A stretch of DNA of 63,291 bases, the filler included, from Choristocarpus tenellus KU-1152 (taxonomy: Eukaryota; Protista; Phaeophyceae), in assembly GCA_964200185.2 (NCBI GenBank). It is 10 parts of 10 records of this genome, joined end to end, with 100 filler letters (N's around TTAATTAATTAA, not from the genome) between each part and the next. Parts side by side here need not be neighbours in the genome. Positions count along the whole stretch, not along the records: positions 22,203 to 35,153 come from CAXNAD020001641.1; positions 35,254 to 39,540 come from CAXNAD020015281.1; 8 more parts are not named here. The stretch is one strand, 5' to 3'. This document shows positions 25,530 to 38,936 of the stretch, in pieces. The position numbers and the translations under genes are program-made. Positions within the stretch are counted from its first letter, which is position 1. Each line of letters begins with the position of its first letter. The notes under the pieces are model-generated. The model had not been told where the DNA came from. It ran no database searches and saw nothing but the letters and a program-made list of their open reading frames with translations.

Positions 25530-26345
25530 AAATTATAACCGCGAGGATAAGGATAAGGTTGAATAAATGTAAGAATTGCAGATTGGGGAGGATCTCATGT
25601 AAGAGTGAATCATCAGAGCGCGAAGACGTAACATTATAAAGAATATTTGATATCTGGCTTCTCTGATTAAAGAGATATCTACTATCTTTGGGGCTGGTAT
25701 CTTGGAAAGATTCCACGCCTCAATCTCATGAAAGGTCCCCCACTGGAATCCAAGATTTCTGATAAGGAACTTCAATTTATGTAGCAGTATATGGCATATG
25801 GAAACAACGATATGATAACACACTACCCAACTTTCCACATCACCCCCCCCCCCTTCTGATGGGTCTCGAAGCCATGTACAAGATTTGGGGTCAACCAAAA
25901 GGTGGGCTTTGGGATAATTGGGAAACAGGTGTAACTGTTAGTATACCATTGCATTATTATATTACACAATTTCATCAATGCAGTATGAAGCGCAATATAT
26001 GAACGCGGGATTAATGACTACCTGATCAGCGTATCATTAGCGAAAGCTTGATAGTGTGTGGTCAGTATTGCACCATTGACCGTATGATCAATCTCTGAGT
26101 GCATGAGGCCAGTATATAGGTCCCTTGTACCTTGTATAAACAGAGGATACTCAAGAATGGGGATACAAGGAGTAAAGGCCTTACGACATCAACACCTGTT
26201 GACAAGCGTTTGTGATCTGATGATGCCAAACGACTGTTAAATGATCATTTTGATAGACATTCCAACATGTAAAAATACAAGCACGTGTACACAAACAAAA
26301 ATCAACATAGTAGACGACAAGATCAATTAATAATGTGTGTTCACT

Positions 26346-26601
26346 GAGTCAGAGTAAACGAGAGGTACCCTAAGCTGCATTATAAGGATGGTGACAAAAT
26401 GTGCAAAATTTGGGGGGTGACAAATGCATGTAGGATATTTTCTCAATTTCGTCCAAAATTCTCAAACAAAAGAGAAATCAAAGCTCTTAAGACAGACTTA
26501 GTACTGTATCCATAGAAATATGGGTGAATTGTAAAAGATTGAAAAACTGACTTAAAATGCAAAACGGCCAAAACCTGGGTACCTCTGATTTACTTTGACC
26601 C
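26346..26601. mobile_element. MITE family C (related termini, different interior)
   Basis: 25-bp imperfect TIR GAGTCAGAGTAAACGAGAGGTACCC / GGGTACCTCTGATTTACTTTGACCC; flanks share (C)ACT. Confidence 0.65.
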
Positions 26602-27505
26602 ACTTCTCCTTCCTTACATTCTGATATAATTAAAAGCAATGCTCACGATAATGACAATATTCTACGTGGACACTAGGACGTACGGTGTTGGTGGTCATTA
26701 CATCATGTCGGGGGGGTCATGCCGCTTCAAGTACAAAGAAAAAATGTGACCCACCTGAAGTCTCCATCACTTTTCTAGTGGTGAACTTGAATATTTGTTG
26801 TTGTCGAGGTTGGTAATTTCATGATGATCAATAAATACATTTAGTGAAAACGCGACATGATGTAATGAACAAAACCCTCTAGCACAAACACGTTTGCCAA
26901 TGTACCTGGTGATACCATCTCTTCACCACTACATACGCCCACTTATGCAAACAAGAAGGGTTGAGAGATATAATAACGTTATCTTCAATTTATCTGAACA
27001 TCCAGCCAAATAGTTGTATATTCTATTTGCAAAAGATTGATGGAATTGGTAGGCATGATATACCTGATCAAAGCTGGTCGTGAACAATGGTTGACTGAGA
27101 TCTGTTACCAGTTTTCTAAGCTCTTCACAAAATGATATATTATACGCATCTATGACAATATGACGTACAAATTATTGTATAATGAGATGGTCAATCCATA
27201 GAAAAATTGAAACAATTGTGTAACACTAGATCTGGGCCAAGACTTCCGAGTCATGAAAAAGATTGGCAGGAAACTATACCAGACATACATCTAAAAATCT
27301 CTTTGCTTAGGCAGTAGGTTGTTATACTATTATTACAGTGCAAGATAACGTACACTTGTGTCTGCAAAGGAATATGGTACCACCAGGAAATGCGAATTCT
27401 CAAGTCAAGACTGTCTTGGACGAGAATTTTACTCATTATCCTAACTATTTTCTGCACGGCAGGCTGCACTCATTCGCGGCATTGTGGGATCTGTCCTGCT
27501 CTATT

Positions 27506-28290
27506 GAGTTAAAGTATCTTAGAGGGTAGAGCCGCGTCCAATTGGGGGCCAAAATCCAATGTTGTGATTTTGATGTAATTTTGGCCATCATTTTTGTTAA
27601 GTGTCAATATCCTTGTTCCAGACACACCCTTTCATAACGTATGCATTTTACCTCCTCCGAAACAATTCGGAGTAGGAAAATGTCATTAAAAAAAACATGG
27701 GAAGCCAAGCCCCAAATGGTCAAATGGGGCAAAACTCGTACCCTCTAAGATACTTTCACTCGTTGATAAGGTTACAAAATGGTCCATTAGAGTAAAAATA
27801 TCTTAGGGGGTACGAGTTTTGTCTTGTTTGTCCATTTGGGGCTTGGCTTCCAACGGGTTTTAATGATATTTAACCTACTCCAAAACATTTTGGGCTAGGT
27901 AAAATGTATACGTTATGAAAAGGTGTGTCCGGAACAAGGGTATTAACGTCTCCTAACAAACACGATAGCCAGAATTACATCAAAATTGCACCATTGGATT
28001 TTGGTCCCCAAATGGACATGGCTCTACCCTCTAAGATGCTTTGAATCGTTTGGGGCTTGGCTTCCCACGTTTTTTTAAATGACATTTTCCCATTTCGAAA
28101 TGTTTCGGAGTAGATAAAATGTATACGTTTTAGAGTAGGTATATCATGAATAAAACTCTGAAAAGGTGTGTCCAGAACAAGGATATTGACACTTTTCAAG
28201 AAACACGATAGCCAAAATTACATCAAAATCGCAACATTGGATTTTGGCCCCCGAACGGACGGAATTCTACTATCTAAGATACTATGGCTC
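27506..28290. mobile_element. Three MITE A copies: 27506-27761 (-), 27790-28047 (+), 28048-28290 (+, 5'-truncated)
   Basis: Family TIRs and interiors; the second copy interrupts the third. Confidence 0.9.
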
Positions 28291-28922
28291 GGAGATGTAG
28301 CTGTAAATTATGTGGGATCCGTAGACAAAGCAGTCGACGTACATTGCTCCGACCTGCCCAGATTGAACGCAGTTAGAGGAATCTAATCCCCTTCATTACC
28401 AACCCAGACTCCGCCTTCTCATTCTGTTGGAGGTTAACCTACCCTTGCCGAAATGAGGAAGCCTCAATTCGACTTCACAGTCCAGCTGGACATCATTCTG
28501 ACTCAGCTGTTTCATGATGCGGAGCTATGCAAGTTCCCACACTCAACATGAGACAAAGATACGGAGTGCCTGCCTCTTCCCACCTTCGAGGAGGCCAACC
28601 TTGATGTGAGGATATTCAAAGGGAGACTTGTTCTTTTGAAGAGGTCAGAGCAATTGGATGACACTATGGCCTAAAGGAGTGAGACTAAGGAGAACTTTGG
28701 TGTTCTGGAATAGCTCCTATTCGTGACCAGGACTAGCGGCAGGGATCACACAAGAGTCTAAAGTAAAAAGAGATGAAAAGGTGCAAGGACACTCGAACAG
28801 AGGGAGGGACTTCGTGATGGAGTGTTCGTCCAGGTCGTTGGTCAAGTGTAGACGGAAGATACCTGAATGAAAGACAGATAGGGAAGGAAAGCTGGAGATA
28901 TGAGGAAGAGGGAAGGCAAATG

Positions 28923-30341
28923 TGTTACAGGCGCCCCTCAGAAGCTCACCTCCACAGGATGTATAGCTCCAATCCACGGTCTTATAGATGATACTGATGT
29001 AGGTATAGGACTCCTGATGCACAAGTCGTCAAGTATGCTGGATCTTTCACTTGGATTATCGTAAATAAAGTGGTATAAAAAGGGACTGATCAACAATGTC
29101 GATCACAATCGGGGACCATAATGTCCAAATAATAAATAAATAATCAAGAAGTACAAATATATCAAATCTCGAACTTCAATGTCATAATGGAGTTTATGAA
29201 ACCGCTATCAAGACATATCGCCCAGGACAAATGCTGCTACTTCAGGTACTGGTGCTCGCAGCATAACCTCACTCTCCTCTTCCTTGTTATCGACTAGGAA
29301 GAGTGATACAGCATGCCCCTCAGAACTCACCTTCACAGGATGTACAACTCAAATCCAACGATTTAAAAACGACGCTATGGAAACGTTGCCCTTGATAAAC
29401 TGTTATAAAGTTTGTAGGATCTCAGGTGTCCTTTGTTCGTAGATAAATAGTGCTGCTGATACACCATAGACACCATCGGTGGAGTAGATTAGGAAATGCA
29501 AACACCACTGGTGGAGTAATGGATTAAAGGTATAACCAGATATATGTTTCCGTATATTTCAGTTGAGCTCTACAAAACGTTCATGTATGGTAGTTCAAGT
29601 ATGGTAGGGACCTGATATTGGATCATCAGTTGATATATCACATATGGCACGTATGATAAGTAGATATGATCCTTTTCTGATTATCCATGTGGACGTAGCA
29701 AATCCCACATGGTAGTCTGCACTGGTCTTACCCACGTTCTCAGTCAGTGGAATCGAGACCATAAAGGCCCTTGTAATACCAACTTTGTTCATCTACATCA
29801 AGCTGTTCTTTGTCCTTAATTAAAGCACCATAAAAGCCGCGGGTCCAATGTGGGATAGTTCAACATCCTTCTCTTCTTCTTGATGTTCTACTCAGTGCTT
29901 AGCTCAAAGCTCGACTCAAAGTTTTGTTCAAGATAAAAAAAAGGACTGGAGATAAAAGAGGGGTCAAGGTGTTTAACCAAAAGCCATCTTCTTAATATTT
30001 TCATCATCCACCCAATTTCTTTGGTCTTCTATGCAACTGCTCTACACGTACACCAATCATAAACCTTTATTCTGCAGCTTCTTAGGGACTTTGACATTTC
30101 CTTCTGTAATGTTATGTATGCATTCCGAAACTTACTCTGTATCTTCTATGAAATCATCATTTGTTCTGCCAGGTTTCCTATGTTACTAATATCGTATATT
30201 GTTCGCGCACTTGTTAGAATGCGAGAAATAATCCTCACACTATACGTCTGTCACAAATGTTCGTGTTTGCTAAGACATGGGAAGAAATGCTTGCACTTCG
30301 TTGGAACACAAGAAGTGCTCGCGCTATTCTCGCCTGTAACA
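28923..30341 (-). mobile_element. Two tandem LTR relics (28923-~29260; 29304-30341 with an internal insertion)
   Basis: Shared 3' end ...GGTGAG..CTGAGGGGC..CTGTAACA. 30341 starts TGTTACAGGCG after a G-rich PPT-like run. Homologous to 35500-35915. Confidence 0.65.
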
Positions 30342-32562
30342 TGCCCCCCAGTGTGAACTAGCAATACAATTTTCACGCATACCAGAGGCGATTGTCACCG
30401 GTGAAGGTAATAGATATCTCCAATCACCTCAGATCATCCTGTGGCAAGGAAAAAGAAGAGAAAAAAATAGCTAACTCCTACTAGGCCCAAAACATGTATC
30501 ATTATATCAACTTGAAGAAATCTGTCTGCAACTAGCCTAATCAGAGTATACATTTACTCTTTCTAAGGTACAGCTACCCTAAGGTGCCAAGTATCATCTG
30601 ATTATTACCTGTCTCTTGCCCCCCAAGCACGAAGCATACTGACGGCTGCTAGTGCGTAAAACAGGCAATAACATCAACATCAGCAATAGAAAAGAAAAGA
30701 AAAGAAAAGAAAAGACTGAAGAAAGATAGAACAAAACAAGGAATTAAGGGGATTAGGTAACTATTCGGATAAAGAGGAGAGAGAAAAAAAGGTTAAGCAC
30801 GGGATACGGAAAAAAAAATGGAAAAAATGGGAAAAACAAAAACAAAAACAAAAACAAAAATAAAACTAAAGAATAATATAAAATAAAAGGAAAAAATCCA
30901 CAGAATAAAGGGGGTCATGTACCCGATATACAAAGAAAAAAAATCAAAAACACAAAATAACAAAATTCAAAACATCTTATATAATTCCTATCTGTTCTGA
31001 TGTGGGTTACTTCATGGTTCCAATTTCTGCTATCCTATTTTCCATGCAGGGACTACCTGTTTAACGTTTACCAGAGGCCATGATCATTATCTGGATAATA
31101 AACATCCATCACCTTAGATCATGTTGTGGTGGCATGCATAATTGCCCTTTGGTAAGATAGGGGCTTCAGTTCCGACTCTGCCAGTTGTTTCCAACATAGG
31201 GACTTCAGTTCCAACTCTGCCAGTTGTCCCCAGCATAGGGACTCCAGTTCCAAATTAACCCATGGATTCCAATAATGATCAACGCATCCCCTCGTTTCCT
31301 TTGAGAACGGATCCCCAAAACTCGTAAGACACAGTCAAGATCAATATATATCTGACCAGATAAGAGTATATACTATTGTTAAATATATATATAACTCCAA
31401 CTAGCCCCAAAACAGGTCAACAAATATCCTTGTTTAACCTGGGAAAATTTTCCCAAGGGTCACAGAATACCATTAGAGACAGATTGCCCCTGGCCTAGTC
31501 TAGTATACATTTGCTCTTTGTGAAACACACCTTCAAAATTACAAAGTATGTATCTCTGACATGGCCTAAAATGAACGGGTCCCCAGTTCCAATCACTCTA
31601 ATCACAAATGTGAATAATTTATCCACGTTCCCTTCAAGGTGTCCATAAGGTCACACCATTGCAATCTCCGTTAAATTGTGTCTGGCCTAATCCGAGTATA
31701 AACTTGTTTCTTTCGAACTGGACCTTCAAAAGTTACAAAATACATCGCCCTGATTGGGCATACAATTCATGTGTCTTCCGTTCCAATCTTCCCAGTTATA
31801 TAAATGCAAGTGCTATCAAGGATTAGACTTATATCATTCATGACCTACTCGGCATCTGATTATTTCCTGTCCTATGTGCCCCCTAAGCACAAAGTATACT
31901 AAAGGCTGCTAGTGCGCAAAACAGGCAATGACAAGAATTAAGATAAATAAATAAAGAAGGGCCAATGAGAGCAACAAATAGTACTAATTTTAAATAAAGA
32001 GAAACAGAAATAAAAATAAAATGGGCAATAAATAGAAAATAAAAATAATATGTCGATGATGAGGGTAACAAAGTGGAAACTGAATAGTAAATAAAATAAA
32101 TAAAGGGAAGAACAAAAAGTAAGAAAAAAAAGAAAAGAAAAAATCGGTAGATAAGGAGAGTAACAACTACAAAAAAAAACAAATTAAAAATCAGGGGATG
32201 ATGGGATGAGAACAAAAAATAAATAAGCACTAGAAAAACAAAAGTGAGATATAGAAGGTACAAAAAATAGAGAATTCAAGATCACAGAGAGTTGTTACAA
32301 CATAGAAAAGAGAAAAATGAATAAATAAAAAGCAGTGAGTTCAGTGTTTATCTTTTCTAAGGACTTCAGCCTATACAACCGATGCATATTACTGTGTGCT
32401 CTAATGTGGGCAGCTTCTTCATTTTAACTTCTGCTGTCTCATGTTCCTTTCAGTGACTATGATTATCATTGCTTTAGTCTATTGTTCTACCATGTACCGG
32501 CTGAACCTCACCCTGTCCTTCAGGCATACAGTTTTTATCTGCTGGGAGGTTTTCTGTAGGAG

Positions 32563-32822
32563 GAGTGAAAGTATCTCAGAGGGTATAAGTTTTGCCCTGT
32601 TTGTCCATTTTGGGCTTGGCTTCTCACGGGTTCTTTTATGACATTTTTCCTACTTTGAAATGTTTCGGAGTAAGTAAAATGTATACATTATGACAATATG
32701 TGTCTGGAACAAGGATATTGACACTTCGTAACAAACATGATAGCCAAAATTACATCAAAATCGCAACATTGGATTTTGCCCCCCAAATGGACGCGTCCCT
32801 TCCCTCTAAGATACTTTTGCTC
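32563..32822 (+). mobile_element. MITE family A copy
   Basis: TIRs plus 4-bp TSD GGAG. Confidence 0.93.
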
Positions 32823-32990
32823 GGAGGCACTCACCTCTCTCCTGCTGAATTCCTCCTTACCTCCATTCTTCAACCGTACCCTCCAGTAGAGTGACTTGAA
32901 CTCAAAAACTGGACCCTGTGTTCTACCTGTCTCTTCCGCTTTCATCCTTCCACAATATTTGACACTAGTACCAATAGGGAAGAGATGTAT
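32823..32990 (-). pseudogene. Second Tudor-like domain relic
   Basis: FPIGTSVKY...GPVFEFKSLYWRVRLKNGGKEEFSRREV aligns with 21720-21880. Confidence 0.55.
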
Positions 32991-33322
32991 CACATCCTAT
33001 CGGGGCAAGAGTTGTCCTTGGGTGGGAACGTTAGTTGGGCATGATCTTGTGTTAGGGTTGTGAAGGTCCTAGAAGAAGGCATGATAGACATCCAACTGTA
33101 GTAAGGTAAAGCTGTTCATTTCTTCTCTTTAGTTACCTAGTCTGACAACTATCCATCTTAGAACTTTCCTTTGTACTACAATGCCATTTGCTACGGTCTG
33201 GCAAGGGTACATCGTTACTGCTCGATCTGAGTGTTGGGATCCTGACAAAAGTTACCCATGGTAACATTGGTGATGGTTGGGAGCATTGATCTTTTCTAAA
33301 TAACAGTTCCCTCTAATGTTGT

Positions 33323-34400
33323 CTACAAAATGCTGCTCTTTAAAATAATTTCGTAAGGCAGTCCCACCATTATCCTACAATCCATATTGCGCACTTTTTC
33401 CTCTGGGGAAAACGCAATTGGAAGTTTGCATGACCTCAATACTACCATTGGTGGAATATTGCACCCTCTGGGGTTTGCTGTATTTGAGATACCTTTGCCT
33501 GCCATGTTGAGCTGTGGTAAGCAAATATCACAAAAATAGATGAGAGCTGCACCAGTGTCAAGGAGTACCTGGGCAAGCATTCTCGAGTGGACTCTGTGTG
33601 GGTGACATAGCAGGGCATATGTCGATACTTGAGTTGTACCATAGGCCGGTGTCGTGGTGAATATTATCGAGGTGGAAACGAAAGTCTAAATGTCTATAGT
33701 TGGAATGACATGACTGGAAACTCAAACTCCATGGACTTCAAGATGACTCTGCAGCGTCCGAATCGGTTGGGCTTCTTGCGAATAGTGGAGGAATTTTCGA
33801 GTCTTGCATCGCGGCTACGTACTGGAGATGTGTATCTTTTAAGGATACCATCGTACGAGACTCTGCAGTAGATTGAGCAATTGGAGGTCCTCGGTGGGTT
33901 CCCGAAAGGTATGGGAACGAACGAGTCTTATGTATACCTGCACTCGTCAGCTATGGACGTGACGCAGTCTTGACCATAGGCATGGTGAAAGCATACTCGG
34001 TGGGCCCTTAGCCATGTATCGACTTTGTCCTGGGAGGAAGATGATGGAGGTAAGCCTTTGCCCGTATCGTGCCGACTTCTATTGCTCGCCTTGTCTGTGG
34101 GTAGAGCAAGTGGGGATCAAAGCACAGGCTGGGGAACGGATGTGACTGGTCGAATGGGATTTGGTGCCTTGCTTTTTGGGAACGAACGAGGTACTGTGTT
34201 TGCTGGGAACGGAGGAAGGTTGGGTATTTAAGGCTGCACAGACAGCAGGCGAGGAGTTCTGGGTTAAAACAGGTTGAAGTATTGGTGCAAGGGCTGCCAG
34301 TACACGGTTGACAACCTCTCTGTATAAAAGTCAAGTTTGGCTTGATACCTACTCGTGCATGGAAGTCCTGTTGTGGCGATATAGTCCCTGTTTCTGCCTG
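33323..34400 (-). mobile_element. Decayed Ty3/gypsy-like gag and aspartic protease
   Basis: QVLLDTGA...GLPYEIIL retropepsin motifs at 33323-33580; the upstream region is repeated at 15521-16140. Confidence 0.7.
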
Positions 34401-35256
34401 ACGATCAGGGTGTCGACTGGGGCAACGCAAGGTGTGACATGCTAGCAAGCAAGCGCATCTACCATCTACCCAAATAAATGTAAGTCTACTCCTTGTACAA
34501 TGCAGGTTTTGCAGCATTTTGATTGGCTGGGATAAATCGGTCGCTTTGATTTGATAACTCTTTTATGAATGAGATCATGCATAATCCGTTATGGTTTAAT
34601 TCGACGGTTTACTACCTCGTTCCCCAAAGAATTACTCAGCGAAAATCCTAGTGGGTGAATTTGGCTTCTAATCTGTAGAGAACAAAAAATACAATATATA
34701 ATATATTAGAGAACAGAGGATAATTTGACATGGGTAGGAGAGTTGGGCTCGTTGGTACAAATCAATGAGTTGATCTTCACCTATATATCCCCCCTCAAAC
34801 TAACTTTAAATATATGAGGCATCCGCAAGTCTACCGTATACGCTCGATAGTGGAAGACTAGGCTATGGTCGCAACCTTCCGCGTCGCACCTTTCTCTCTC
34901 TTTAAAAAAAATAATAATAACACATGGCAACCTTTTCCACGATTTTCAGCTGGCCATCCAAAAAGGGTACATTCTCTCACCGAAATATGAACCACCCAGT
35001 TGCCATAAAATCATCTCAACCGACCTGTAAGAGCTGTCCTTTGATGCGTGGGACGTTGATTGCAGACGAAGCACCTGAAAGGACCACTGTGTTGTTCGAT
35101 TAGACTCTTCCAACTCTATCGGACAATTACGGTAAAATATGTATGGAGTAATGNNNNNNNNNNNNNNNNNNNNNNNNNNNNNNNNNNNNNNNNNNNNTTA
35201 ATTAATTAANNNNNNNNNNNNNNNNNNNNNNNNNNNNNNNNNNNNNNNNNNNNAGG

Positions 35257-35325
35257 CGGTAGGACCTCCATGTTACAGGCGCCCCTCAATGCTCACCTTT
35301 CCAGGACGTACAAGTCAAATCCAAT
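35257..35325 (-). mobile_element. LTR 3' end with tRNA-Gln primer-binding site
   Basis: Minus strand reads ...CGCCTGTAACA|TGGAGGTCCTACCG, the complement of the eukaryotic tRNA-Gln 3' end CGGTRGGACCT-CCA. Confidence 0.75.
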
Positions 35326-35499
35326 TTAGAGATTAACGCACGTCAGCTCAGCAGAAAAATAGTACTCTCAGGTGAATCAAATAGCACAAGGAAAATGTCT
35401 AAAAATGGTATCAGTAAGAGAGAACGGAATAAGTAGGGCCCTCTGGGTCAGAAGAACTGAGCCGTTTGGAGCCGTTTTTAGGATCTCTTATCATAATTT

Positions 35500-35915
35500 A
35501 GCATATAGGTAGCCTTATAGAATAAATGTTGATTCCCTAGATGATACAGAGTAAAATTCGTAATGCATACGTAACATTACAGAAGAAAACGTAAACGTTC
35601 CTAAGAAGTTGCAGAATAAGGTTTATGATTGGAGTACGTATACAGCAGTTGCATAGAAGACCAAAGAAATTGGGTGGGTGATGAAAATAATATAAGGACT
35701 TCGGTCAAAACCATCACCCCTCTTAAAATAGTATTGTAATCTTGAACTTAAAATTGGGTCGAGCTTTGAGCTACACACTGAGTGGAGTATCGAGAAAAGG
35801 CTGCCTGGCACCCAACAAACTGTTTCCAAGGGCAACGTCCCCATAGCGTCGTTTTGAGGTTGTTGGATTTGAGCTGTACATCCTGTGGAGGTGAGTTCTG
35901 GGGCACGCTGTAACA
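35500..35915 (+). mobile_element. LTR relic of the same family
   Basis: Homologous to the reverse complement of 29304-30150; ends CTGTAACA. Confidence 0.65.
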
Positions 35916-38873
35916 GCACAGCCCATAGGATAATGTGGTAAACACATTCATATCCTTGATTTGCTGGTGAATGAAACAAATGAATAGAGAGGAATGTGCT
36001 TTTCCTGGTCAACCTCTTGGACGGCACTTATAGTATACACCACCGTAAAAAAAGCCAGCAAATTAAGATTATGGACGATTTAGGACATATATATACTTTG
36101 TATGTATATAGAAGTATTAGTATGTGTTATTGATGTGTGCTATGAAGTACTAAAGTACTCTACATTGGGTGGCCCCTTGGGTTATTGATAAAACTCCATG
36201 TTCAGAAGAATTTCCCTATTTAGGGCCTGGCACACGTCTTCAAGTGAGCAGGTTTCAAGAAACTTCGTAGTGGATAAAAAAATTGGCATTAAAAATAAGT
36301 GTGCCCCACATGTTCACTTCATTGTTCACTCAGGTATGACGTTGTATCGATGCAATGATATTTTTTACCTACAACAAAACCACATTTTACAACACCTATC
36401 AGTGAAATAACTGCCTGATATCTGCCAGATTGAAGATTTCCAATATTCTTGCCAGTAATGTATAGGCTCCACCTAATCCACTCTCAATTGCTTTCAACTT
36501 CAATTCAAGAAAATGTAGTGCTACTTCAACAAAGGAAGGTACCGGAATACTCATCCAATCATCATCACCACCATCGTCACCATCATCATCACCGTCCCGT
36601 GTCTTCTTGTGTTCCTCCCTGAGGTCCTGTGCCAAGTCTCAGTTAGTTTTCTCCAGCTCTTTTTTTCTAGTTACGACAATTTTTTAGCCTTAGTGATGGT
36701 ATGGTTGGTTGGGAGTTTGCCAGCCTTGCTCTCAAGGTCTTCAACGCCTTTCCCAACTCAAGATCGTAGTCCCCCCCTCCCTCCTCTCCAGTTGGACACC
36801 TACACTTAGTTTCTGTAGGAGCTCTGTGAGGTCATGGCGATATAGGTCATGTGCATTATGATGATGTGGACCATCGCCCACCATTATTACAGGTAGCTCA
36901 ACTTACTCTGGGGCATTGGGCATACTCGCCTTTAGGCAGCACCTGTGACTATGGTCAGGGTCAAGAGGTGGGGTGTAGTGGTTGGTCATCGCATGGGGGG
37001 GGTGACTGGAAATCAGTGCCGAAGGGATATATTTGCCTTTATTGTGGAACCAGACAATGGAAGCACAATCTAGGGGGATGAATGTGTGGCTGGGGTGGTG
37101 AGAATTCTTACAGAATAGGACTTAGGATTTACACTTACCTGGAGCCAATGGAGTCCTCTGTGAGCTTGTCCCAGGCCCTGACCCTGATCTTCCTAGTATC
37201 CAGGATGTGAGTGTTGCAGCCCTCACTCAATCCAATCACTCCCGAACAATGTTTCTTTCATGTGGTTGCTGTTGTAATTGAGAAGGTGTGGACATTATTG
37301 ACACCCCGACATGCAGCTGCTCCATCCTGTAATATGTCTTCCACGTAGGGATGACACTCTGGTGCATCGGTTGGTGTTTTCTGGTGCTATTAGGCAGGGA
37401 CCCCATCACTGTCATCTGCCCCTCCCTATCTATCAGCTCACCATGTCCAACAACAGTTGTCTACGAGCAGAACAGAGTTGGAAGTCACTCTCTTTATGTG
37501 AGATTGCACAAAACCACTTCTTGATAGTGGGCTGGCCAGACTATGTATTCCTCCTCCTGAAGTGAACACACAGAGGTGGCCTTTTCCAGGCGGGTTTACC
37601 ACTATCGGGGTTCTAGGTAGCCTTGACGGGCATATCTGTCTACTTGAAGGCGTATTTGTTCAAAATGACCCAAGACGTGCGTTTTAGTATGAAATAATTA
37701 AACATTTGTCCCAACCAAATTGGATCGCCTTATTGACTGACTTGCCTTACGTTGGGTTGCCGTAAAAGGAGTCACTGACTTACCTCTACCTGTTTCATAA
37801 GTACTATCCGATTTGAACCTTGTGACGATCAAAACCAAATCGATCGATTTATAGTTTTTTCCCGTGAAATTGAGAGGAAGAAGGGACAAGAGTGAAAGGC
37901 AACAGAGGCGTGTTAGCTCATGGAAAGGGAGAGATACCAGGACAAGCTTGAGCCATGGTTTCGACTCTTCCAGGCCACCATACCATCCACCGAGACTCCC
38001 TCCATTGAATGCGAAACCCTGATCTGAGTAGGGCTGCCCGCTAGGCACTTATGGTCAATTGCTCAGTGAAGAATTGCGGCTCCAAGGAGAGATCCCCACT
38101 GGGAGTTGGACAGGCGCTTGCAGCCAAGTTTGTGGTGAGCTCAAAACAAGGCCTTGAACAAAGGTCGTCAATCAACTGCTGGAGGGCGATAAACTGTTCA
38201 TGTACACAGGTCTTGGATCTGGGAGGCTCACGGACCTCACTGTGGGCGAGGATGGGGTCGGGTGGTTGATGCCGATCTTCGCTCGCTCATTGTGCGAAAA
38301 TTGGCACAATACTTTAACAGAAGAGGGCTTCAGAAGTTTCATGCTACCATCGTTCCGTACAGGTATACAATGGGGGTTAAGAAGAAACGTCTGTGGAACA
38401 GAAGCTTCGAGAATATCACAAGAACATGGGAGTCGGATCGAACTAGACGGTTTCTTGTGAAACGGGTGCAAATCGGCAGACATACTCTTCAGACTGAAGG
38501 GGAGCGGGAAGACATACAGGAGGTGGAAAGGGGAGAACGACAAGAACCTCATATAGAGTTAGTCAGAAGGGAAGTGATCAAGGAAGTGAATGGGTGGGAC
38601 TTGGAAGCTCCACTCAGCATCCAGAAGTAGATGTCATCACAAAGAATCGTTGCTCTGTCTGGATCTATGTGGCTTGATGTGCATATCAGAATAACAAAGG
38701 TGCCAATGGGAAATGAAGGGTGTAAATGAAACAGACATGATCGTTCCCAAAGAAAAAAGAACATTATTTATGTAGTTATTTTATTAACAAAAAAATAAAA
38801 ATGTGTAAGACGTACGTCCAATAGAAATTTTTTATTGCCGAATATAAGAATATACGTAAATCGGAAGGGTCAT

Positions 38874-38936
38874 AGTGATTGTAATCGGGAGGTTTGTGTG
38901 CTTCGCACGCGAGAGTTCGAATCTCACCAGTCGCCA
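38874..38936 (+). pseudogene. tRNA-Ser-like pseudogene or SINE head lacking the anticodon arm
   Basis: Long variable arm GTGCTTCGCAC, T-arm GAGAGTTCGAATCTC, acceptor-like GTGATTG/CAGTCGC. No anticodon loop. Confidence 0.55.

Noticed and set aside
32688-32993. Recurrent short ORFs such as [22 protein letters not shown] as a small-protein family
   Set aside because: They are translations of the non-coding MITE A and differ in frame and stops between copies.
36399-36720. Acidic ORF resembling a pogo/Tigger transposase tail
   Set aside because: No catalytic motif or TIR could be confirmed.
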